In this document: positions 20,190 to 27,796 of the stretch, piece after piece
How the letters are laid out: the number at the start of each line of letters is the position of its first letter
Position numbering within the stretch: the stretch's first letter is position 1
Source: Candidatus Saccharimonadota bacterium
Lineage (GTDB): Bacteria; Patescibacteriota; Gracilibacteria; BD1-5; UBA6164
Assembly: GCA_004563595.2 (NCBI GenBank)
Contig: CP042461.1
Location: 840,001 to 872,000 of the forward strand
DNA length: 32,000 bases
Reading direction: 5' to 3'
Made by a program: the position numbers and the translations under genes
The notes under the pieces: model-generated
The model's database searches: none
Told to the model about the DNA's origin: nothing
What the model saw: only the letters and a program-made list of their open reading frames with translations

Positions 20190-21668
20190 TTATATTTTCT
20201 CTACTCTACTTCCCTCTCTATTATCAATAATTTTATATCCAGCTTCTTCTAATTCATTTCTCATTTTATCAGCTCCTTCAAAATCTTTATTTTTTTTTGC
20301 TATATTTCTTGCTTCAAGTTTTTCCTGAATATCTTGTGGAATATCTTCTGTAAGTTCTTCTAAAATAGAAAAATCTATAATTCATAAAACTTCATTAAAA
20401 GTTTTAAACATATCAAGTAAACTTTTTTCTTCATCTAAACTAAATGATTGATCTGCAATTCATGTATTCACAAACTTTACAAAACTATGAAACTCAGCAA
20501 GTGCCTCTGGCATATTAAAATCATCTTCAAGTCTTTGCATATATTCAGAAAGTATAATTTGCATTTCGTTTCTAAAAACTCTTGAAATCATAAGTACTTT
20601 TTTCTCTCCTGTTTGTATACTTCTATCTAATGTTTTGATTGTCTCATCAATTTTTTTAATAGTATTCAACGCTTGTTCAAGTTTTGAAAAAGAAAAATCT
20701 ATACTGTCTCTATATTTTCCGTTTATAAAAGAGAGTCTGATTGCTCTATAGAGAATTCAAGTATTTACATCTGAGAATTTTTCTTCTAAGTCTTTAAGTG
20801 TATAAAAATTTCAAGCTGATTTTGACATTTTTTTCCCATCCACAGTTAAGTGACCTCAATGTAACCAGTACTTAGAAAATTCCTTTCTAGTACATGCCTC
20901 AGTTTGTGCTACTTCATTTTGATGATGCGGAAATAGGTTATCTATTCATCACATGTGAATATCAATTTGAGCTCAAAAATACTTCATATTACAAGCACTA
21001 CATTCAATATGCCAACCTGGACGTCCTTTTAAAGTTACTCTTTCGCCATTTATTTCAAAACTTCCCTCCCAAAAATTATCTCCATCTTCTTTTTTATACA
21101 CTTTCCAGAGTGCGAAATCTGCTGCTGATTCTTTATCATACTCATCATTATCAATCCTCACTGATTCTTTCATTCACGACATATCTAAGTTTGCAAGCCT
21201 TCCATATTTTTTAAAACTTTTTACATTAAAATAGATACTCCCATCATCAGAAAGATAAGCATTTTTTCTATTCAGCATTGTTTGAATCATTCTTACCATT
21301 TCTGGTATCAATGTTGATACTGGGACAACATTATCAGCTTCTTGTATTCAAAGTTTTTTAGTGTCCTCTAAAAAAGCTTTTGTATATTTTTCTGTAAATG
21401 GTATTAATTTTTCTCATGCAGCCATACTATCTCTGATAGTTTTATCATCAATATCTGTTATATTCATTGTAGTTGATAATTTATATCACAGAAACCTTAG
21501 TGATCTTACAACAATATCTTCATATATATAAGTTCTTAAATTTCAAATATGAGCATAGTTATATACTGTTGGACCACAATAATATACTTTTACTTCTTGT
21601 TGTTTTAATGGTTTAAATTCTTCTTTTTTTCTTGTTTTTGTATTATAAACTTGCATTAATTTTTTCAT
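20190..21668 (-). CDS. cysS: cysteinyl-tRNA synthetase
   Basis: The N-terminus is [47 protein letters not shown], with the HIGN Gly encoded by TGA. Later motifs are ..[26 protein letters not shown]. Length is 1479 nt. Confidence 0.93.
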
Positions 21669-21674
21669 TTAATA

Positions 21675-21720
21675 ATTATCCCCCCTCCTGCTAGGGAGGG
21701 GGTTAGGGGGTGGGGTTATT
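21675..21720. repeat. GC-rich intergenic element E2 (homolog of E1); contains the cysS Shine-Dalgarno, an anti-SD hairpin and a G4 motif
   Basis: A perfect 8-bp stem pairs ccccctcc (21681-21688) with ggaggggg (21695-21702). On the minus strand GGAGGGGGG ends 11 nt before the cysS ATG. The plus strand reads GGGAGGGGGTTAGGGGGTGGGG (21694-21715), which is four G-tracts. Confidence 0.6.
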
Positions 21721-21949
21721 TTTTAAATTTGGCTCTTACTAATTCAGAAACCTTTGCAGGGTTCATTCATTTTTCTTTATTTCCAGCAATCATTATATTT
21801 GGTCAAATTTTACAATCTCACATACATTTAGATTCTTCTATTTCAAGGTTATCTAAATTAAATTTTTGTTTATCATTTTCTAACCTAGTGATAATATATT
21901 CACTAAATCTTGACTTACATGTTTTTCAACAGCAAACTTGTACTTTCAT
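21716..21949 (-). CDS. small thioredoxin-like [2Fe-2S] ferredoxin-domain protein (77 aa)
   Basis: The translation is MKVQVCCGKTCKSRFSEYIITRLENDKQKFNLDNLEIEESKCMGDCKIGPNIMIAGNKEKGMNPAKVSELVRAKFKK. It has the C-x3-C ... C-x-G-x-C-x2-GP pattern. Length is 234 nt. Confidence 0.6.
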
Positions 21950-22031
21950 CTACTTTATAGATTAAAATCTAAAATACTTCAAATATTTTACCTAGTATTT
22001 TTCAAGAAGCAAAAAAAACTCGAAAAAAAAT

Positions 22032-22064
22032 TTGCTTATCCTGAAATTTTTATATAATAAGCAA
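22032..22064 (+). promoter_or_regulatory. candidate tRNA promoter (TTGCTT, 15 nt, TATAAT) inside an 8-bp inverted repeat
   Basis: TTGCTT lies at 22032-22037 and TATAAT at 22053-22058, about 21 nt upstream of tRNA-Phe. The inverted repeat is TTGCTTAT (22032-22039) and ATAAGCAA (22057-22064). Confidence 0.35.
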
Positions 22065-22079
22065 GCGTTAAACGCATAT

Positions 22080-22154
22080 GCCGGGGTAGCTCAGGGGTAG
22101 AGCAGGGGCCTGAAAAGCCCTGTGTCAGTAGTTCAAATCTACTTCTCGGCACCA
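22080..22154 (+). tRNA. tRNA-Phe (anticodon GAA), CCA encoded
   Basis: A hand-folded cloverleaf gives acceptor GCCGGGG/TCTCGGC, D-arm GCTC-AGGGGTA-GAGC, anticodon arm GGGGC-CTGAAAA-GCCCT, and T-arm AGTAG-TTCAAAT-CTACT, followed by ACCA. Confidence 0.9.
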
Positions 22155-22176
22155 TTTACAATACAGCTTCAAATGG

Positions 22177-22214
22177 CTCAGCTACATATAATTAGAAGCT
22201 GAGTTATTTTTTTT
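22177..22214 (+). terminator. hairpin plus T-run between the two tRNAs (terminator or processing element)
   Basis: ctcagct (22177-22183) pairs with agctgag (22197-22203) around a 13-nt loop, followed by TTATTTTTTTT. An alternative arm, cagcttc (22164-22170), could pair instead. Confidence 0.35.
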
Positions 22215-22233
22215 GAAAAAATTATAGATACCT

Positions 22234-22319
22234 GCGAAGGTGGTGAAATTGGTAGACACGTACGCTTGAGGGGCGTATGATCCTAGATCGTGAGGGTTCA
22301 AGTCCCTTTCTTCGCACCA
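22234..22319 (+). tRNA. tRNA-Leu (anticodon GAG), long variable arm, CCA encoded
   Basis: GCGAAGGTGGTGAAATTGGTAGACAC is close to known tRNA-Leu 5' halves. The anticodon arm is TACGC-TTGAGGG-GCGTA, the long variable arm is TGATCCTAGATCGTG, and the T-arm is GAGGG-TTCAAGT-CCCTT. Confidence 0.9.
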
Positions 22320-22332
22320 TATATAAAAAAAG

Positions 22333-22368
22333 AAAAAACATATTCATATATCATGAGTATGTTTTTTT
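22333..22368. terminator. bidirectional terminator (tRNA-Leu on plus, secreted protein P1 on minus)
   Basis: The sequence aaaaaacatattcat-atatc-atgagtatgtttttt forms an imperfect stem with A and T runs on both sides. Confidence 0.55.
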
Positions 22369-22424
22369 AATTGTATAAACTCAAATATTTCTGTTTGAGT
22401 GTATATAAAAATTAATTATCACTG

Positions 22425-22892
22425 CTAAGTTTCAACACGATAACCAATTTTTACATCTGATGTACATAGTTTTGGATCATAAGTAATATCAATAGGTAAT
22501 GTTATTTTATCAAATTTTACTATATCTGACATTACTTTGTCATTTGTAGTAATTGAAACAGCATTACCTTGAATTTCTATTAAAATAAAACTTGTACCGA
22601 TGCTATAAAAGGCTGTTTTTAAATACTTATCATTAAGCTTGATATCATTTTGACCAAATTTCTGAACAGTTACATTCATACTCATTTTATTAATTTTTTT
22701 AATATTAACTTTCGCAGAATCTTTTGGAGAAGATGGATTTTCCATATAAACAAAACCTTCTTTCCATAGTACGTTACGTTTATATTCAATATTTCCTAAT
22801 GTAGATATCAATGGTACTGAAATGCTTTTGCATGTATTAGCAGCCATTAAATTACTAGAAAATAAAAGTAAAACTAAAAATACTCTTAACAT
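22425..22892 (-). CDS. hypothetical secreted protein P1 (155 aa), TGA-free, paralog of P2
   Basis: The ORF is intact in the standard-code track. The signal peptide is MLRVFLVLLLFSSNLMAA, and AAGGA lies 8 nt upstream of the ATG. There are two Cys (NTCKSISVP near the N-terminus and DPKLCTSDV near the C-terminus). All 6 Gly are GGN codons. Confidence 0.75.
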   Translation of the reverse strand: MLRVFLVLLLFSSNLMAANTCKSISVPLISTLGNIEYKRNVLWKEGFVYMENPSSPKDSAKVNIKKINKMSMNVTVQKFGQNDIKLNDKYLKTAFYSIGTSFILIEIQGNAVSITTNDKVMSDIVKFDKITLPIDITYDPKLCTSDVKIGYRVET

Positions 22893-22933
22893 TTACTATT
22901 CCTTTTTATAGTTTCAAATCAAAATGCAGCGGT

Positions 22934-22961
22934 ATATTAGATAATAAATATGAAAAGGCAA
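22934..22961 (-). promoter_or_regulatory. candidate promoter of P1 (-35 TTGCCT, 16 nt, -10 TAATAT)
   Basis: On the minus strand, TTGCCT lies at 22961-22956 and TAATAT at 22939-22934. The site sits between the P2 terminator and the P1 RBS. Confidence 0.4.
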
Positions 22962-22983
22962 GTATTTCTTATGATGAGAAAAA

Positions 22984-23008
22984 TAAAAAACCGACTTTCG
23001 TCGGTTTT
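22984..23008 (-). terminator. rho-independent terminator after P2
   Basis: aaaaaccgac-tttc-gtcggttttt has a GC-rich stem. On the minus strand it is followed by TTTTTTATTTTT. Confidence 0.8.
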
Positions 23009-23036
23009 TACATTTGTTTTCCTGTATTACCAAGAG

Positions 23037-23525
23037 TTATGTAAACTTACTTTTCATAGGGACTTCTTCCATCCTTACAAATGAGCTGCATGATTCAGGC
23101 TTAAATGAAAGAGATATCTTTAAATTTATCTGACTCAATTGATCTAAAGGATATCTTTTTGTCACCGTTTCTAAATATGATTTTTCTATAAGTACATGTG
23201 AAGCAAGGTCAGTATTTACTTTCATTTTAAAGCTATGTTTTACTTTTTTACCTTCAAATAATATAGATCCATCACTATGGATAAGAAAATTATCTTTCAC
23301 AACCACATGCTGAGCTGCTGGATAAATTTTTTTATTTCCAGTTGTGTATACACCATCTGGCCTCCATTCAATAAAAAGAGACTTCGCAGTTCTACCGTCA
23401 ATTATCTGTTCAACATTAACCGGTATTTTTTCACATATTTGATCCCCAGGAATACGTTGTAATCCAGCAGAAACATTTGCTACCATACATAATAAAGAAA
23501 ACAAAGATATAATTCTATAAAACAT
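23037..23525 (-). CDS. hypothetical secreted protein P2 (162 aa), TGA-free, paralog of P1
   Basis: The ORF is intact in the standard-code track. The signal peptide is MFYRIISLFSLLCMVANVSA, and AAGGAG lies 6 nt upstream of the ATG. The Cys pair (DQICEKIPVN and KPESCSSFV) is positioned as in P1. All 7 Gly are GGN codons. Confidence 0.75.
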   Translation of the reverse strand: MFYRIISLFSLLCMVANVSAGLQRIPGDQICEKIPVNVEQIIDGRTAKSLFIEWRPDGVYTTGNKKIYPAAQHVVVKDNFLIHSDGSILFEGKKVKHSFKMKVNTDLASHVLIEKSYLETVTKRYPLDQLSQINLKISLSFKPESCSSFVRMEEVPMKSKFT

Positions 23526-23573
23526 GTAATTCTCCTTTTTAATTTAAGTTATATACAAATTTATATCGAAATT

Positions 23574-23601
23574 ATATTACCTGTTATTTAAACTATGTCA
23601 A
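23574..23601 (-). promoter_or_regulatory. candidate promoter of P2 (-35 TTGACA, 16 nt, -10 TAATAT)
   Basis: On the minus strand, TTGACA lies at 23601-23596 and TAATAT at 23579-23574. The site is directly downstream of the PBP stop codon. Confidence 0.5.
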
Positions 23602-23614
23602 TATTCGTATTTTT

Positions 23615-25915
23615 TTACTTCACTACCCTTCTTGGTATTTCATAATAATCAAATAAATAACTCGCAACATCATTGAAAACAAATGCAGCTGTTTGTCACC
23701 CAAAATTATTTGTTCTAGGTCTATCAAGTTTCACTATAATTACAAACTTTGGATCTTCTGCTGGTCAAAATCAAGCATAAGATGCAATAGTACTTCAAAC
23801 TCATTTTTCATATATTCATTTATATGGAATTTGTGAAGTTCCGGTTTTTCATCAAACAGAATATCATAATACATTTCAATTCTTAGCTGCTCCATCTTTT
23901 GCTGATGAAACTAACATTGATACAATAATTTTTGAAGTAGATTCCTTTATAACTCTTCTTTCAAGTTCTTTTTTGTACTTTATAACTTTGTTGTTTGAAA
24001 ATTCTATATAATCAATAATTCTAGGTTTAATATATATTCATCAGTTTACAAGAGTACTATACGATGATGCCATTTGAAGAGGAGTGACACTCACTCATAA
24101 TCAATAAGAGCTCGTAAATAGTTTTGCTCTTGACCACTTCTCCCATGGGGTAACTTGTGAAAATACTTCTCACTCTAAAGTAATTCAAGTTAATTCATTA
24201 AAGCCAAAATCTGTAAAATATTGATGTAATAAAACTTTTCAAATCCTTTGAACTATTCTAATCATTCAAACATTACAACTAAAATTCAATGCATGTGCAA
24301 AGCTATGGTATCCAAGACACTTATCAGAAACATTTTTAATAGTAAAACTATCAATTGTAAGCTCTCACTTATCCATGTACATACTATATCTATTTATTTC
24401 TCATGTATCAATTCATATAGCAACAGTAAGAGCTTTCATAATTGATCCTGGCTCATATAATGATGAAATAGCATCATTTTTATAAACTTGTGGTCAAAAA
24501 TCATTTTTATATTTATATTTCACCAATGCATTTTCTCATAATTCTTCTCTAACTGCTCTTCTTAAAAGTATTTCTTTTGAATCATAATAAAATTTATCTC
24601 AGTTTTCTTTATCTTCAACAAATACAGGAAATCAAAGAAGGTCAACTTTTGGGTCAGGATATTTTGAAAATCTTACTTTTTCAAGTTCGTATACATCTCA
24701 ATAATTGTTCAGATTATATGTTGGATAATTTGCAATAGATAAGACTCTTCATGTTTTGGGTTCCATAACAACTATCGTCCCCTTATTTGCTCTGTACCTC
24801 TTTACACCATTCTCTAAGATTGTTTCTACTTTTTTTTGTATATTTCTATCAATCGTTGAATGAATTTTAATTCATTCTCAAATAAAATCTTCTTTCTTTA
24901 AATCAATCGGGTTAATTATTCTTCATAAGACATCTTTTTTACTTACAATTTTTCCATTATTTCATTTCAAAATATCATCAAAATATCACTCAATTCAATA
25001 ATGCCCCACTCATTCAGAATCTACAAATCAAATTAACTGTGATCCTACCTCTTTCTCTGGGTAATACCTATGTGGATTTGGTGTTAAGATGATAAAATTT
25101 CAAATGCTATTTATTCTATCTAATATACCATTTTTTAACGCAATATTTTCTTCCTCGAGATAATTTTTAATGTATTCTGAAACTGATATTGATAATTTAT
25201 TTAAAACTGGAATATATCTGAGTTCTCTTTTCCTAATAAGGTGCTTAATTTTTTTCTCTGTCATTCATAATATAGATGAGAGTTCTTTTGAAGCATACTC
25301 ATCACTATCAATTTCTTCTGGATTTACATATAAGAACTGTCAGCTTGGATATAATCATTTTATTCATAAATTTATGATTTGAGTTATTTCTTCATTATCA
25401 AGTTCTTTATCAATAAAAACACTGTTTACTTTTGTTTGGTTTAATTTCGGAGTCAAATATGCAGAAATAAGGTCTTTAATAAGCAATTCATCTTTTCTAA
25501 AATCCTCAATTTCTAAAACACGTAAAAACTTCAATAGGTTTTTATAACATTCTTTTTTTGAATTCAGATAACAAAGTTGCTTGTATGAAACTTCCGTTAA
25601 AAATTTTTGTAATTTATCCTTATTTCATTCCATCTTTGGATCAATCGCAATATTATACAAATTCAGTGATGTTCCTAGAATCGTACCTTGATTGGTTGAG
25701 GAATAAATGGTCCCCCTTGTAACGGGTACTGTTACTTCTCAGATTTGTTGTCTATCAGCTAATTGATTGTAAAAACTATAATTGAGAACTGTATATGCAA
25801 AAAGATTGTAGATAATTATAAGAAAGAATAATACAAAAAAAACAGCAATAACATATATTCTATTACATCAGTCAAAATATTTTTTAGCTTTTTGTATTAT
25901 CTTATTTTTTTTCAT
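23615..25915 (-). CDS. class B penicillin-binding protein (PBP2/FtsI-type transpeptidase)
   Basis: An N-terminal TM anchor is followed by VVMEPKTGRVLSIANYPTYN. The catalytic motifs are YEPGSIMKALT (SxxK), NFSCNVGMI (SxN) and GGKTGTSQI (KTG). Length is 2301 nt. Confidence 0.9.
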
Positions 25916-27303
25916 ATATTTTCTTCTATCGGATAAAAATCTATCTTTGTTTTTATTTCAGCAGGTATTATATCTTCATCATATACTTTTAAAAGTTTAT
26001 TTTCAATTTTGATATAATCATTTTTTTTCATATTCTTATCAACCTCTTTTATGAAAATTCTTAATATATACGGAGTCTCATTGTAACAAGTATTTTCAAT
26101 AGTTTTTTTCATAGCCAATATTACTTCTTCGTTTGTTCATACACATTCAAAAGGCTTCATTCATGAAACACCAAGAAGCTCTTTGAATAGTTTTTCTAGA
26201 TCTTTTCTTTGATATAAATCTTCTCAGAAGATATCAATAACTTCCTGTTTGTTAATAAAAGGTCTTAGGATAGAAAATACAAACGCACACTTAGGACAAT
26301 TATTACACCAAATTCATTGATGGGCTTTGGTTGTATTATGTATCTTAAAGTTATTATTACAACTTGAAAATGCTTGGAAATATTTCGTTCAAAGTTTTGT
26401 AAATAATTCAGCTATTTTAAATTCATACATTCATCTTAAAAGAGAAAAGTACTTCACATCTGATGAAATATATTTCTGTACATAGAGAGCAAAATCTTCT
26501 TCAAACTCTAAACTTTTTGAATACTGATGATTTACATCTACTCATTCCCACTCAGTATTTCAAAAATTTGCAGAACGTTCATTTGATAAAACAAGATATT
26601 TATAATCATATAAATATGCAATTACTTCCATAGCAAAGGCTATTATTCAAGTTATAGGGACATGTCCGTTAAAATATCAGCTTTCGTTTAGTTCAAATAA
26701 TTTTTGAGATATTTTCCTTGTGACAAGAAAATTATTTTTTCAAATTATATTTATGCAAGATTCTTTAATGCTATCAGTTTTTCCAAATACAAAAGTATCA
26801 AAACCAATTCACGCTTTTTTAAAAAGCTCCATGGATACAAGAGAGTCTTTTCCTCAACCAATCGCAACAAGTGCTCTATCTTTCAAGAGAAAATCTTTTT
26901 TTTGTAATTTCTTTTCATGATTACTTTCAAAGTGGAACAAATTTTCTGGGAAAATTTTATTTATAAATAAAAATTCTCAGAGTCAGTTCTTGTAAAATTT
27001 TTTCCAAAAAGATACTTGATAACTATCTAGATATCATGAATCAACTATTAATTTCGAAGTTGGATAGGCTTTATAATAACTAATCCCTAAAGCCATATGA
27101 AGATGAAAAAGTAAATTATCTAAAATTTCAAAATCTAAGTCCGATCTCAGATCAAAATTGGGATCATCAAAAGATATTACTTCTTCAAAGTAAGTTTCTC
27201 TATCAAAAGAGTATATAAATTTTGCTTCTAAATTCACAAGATCAAATGTGTAGTTTTCAAAATAGAATTTTTTTCAGTCTGAGTGATAAGTAATTTTATT
27301 CAT
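25897..27303 (-). CDS. PP-loop (adenine nucleotide alpha-hydrolase superfamily) ATPase-like protein with C-terminal Cys cluster
   Basis: The motifs are ..KDRALVAIGGGKDSLVSMELFKKAG.. (PP-loop SGGxDS-type), ..LSNERSAN.. and ..WCNNCPKCAF.. The gene reads through the apparent ATGA overlap (TGA=Gly) and ends at TAA 25897-25899, overlapping the PBP gene by 19 nt. Length is 1407 nt. Confidence 0.75.
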
Positions 27304-27497
27304 TTATGGTCACCAAAAATAACAAGTAATAATATATATCATATTAATTAGGAATTGAAATTTTACAATTTTTATTTGTGGTTTATTATTTTTTTCATAT
27401 ACTACCCTGCGTAATTTACTGGCGTATTTTTCTGGTTTATTACACTTTTCAGGAAATTCACTGAAAAAACTATTTATATTTTCTTAAAAATACAACA

Positions 27498-27767
27498 ATG
27501 AGTGTAACTAAAGAAGTAAAAAAAGATATTATTGCTGATTTTGCAACAAATAAATGAGATACAGGTTCAACTGAGGTTCAAATAGCTATTTTAACAGCTA
27601 AAATTGAAAACTTAAAAGACCATTTACAAGAACATAAAAAAGATAATCATTCTAGAAGATGAATTATGTTAATGGTAGCTAAAAGAAGAAAACTTCTTTC
27701 ATATTTAAAAAGAAAAGATCCTACTAAATATACTGAAGTATTAGAAAAACTAAATCTTAGAAAATAA
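27498..27767 (+). CDS. rpsO: 30S ribosomal protein S15 (uS15)
   Basis: The translation is [89 protein letters not shown]. It has 2 TGA Gly codons. Length is 270 nt. Confidence 0.92.
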
Positions 27768-27796
27768 AAAAAACTCTGCAAAAGCAGAGTTTTTTT
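27768..27796. terminator. bidirectional terminator shared by rpsO and rel
   Basis: The hairpin is aaaactctgc-aaaa-gcagagtttt with flanking A and T runs. The rel stop codon (27795-27797) lies in the T-run. Confidence 0.75.

Noticed and set aside
23600-23640. A possible att-like direct repeat of the tRNA-Leu 3' end (CCCTTCTTGG versus CCCTTTCTTCG) marking the far border of the TGA-free islet
   Set aside because: The match is short and gapped, and it lies inside the last codons of the PBP gene (..EIPRRVVK*). No integrase or other mobility gene is present, so no defined mobile element is called.
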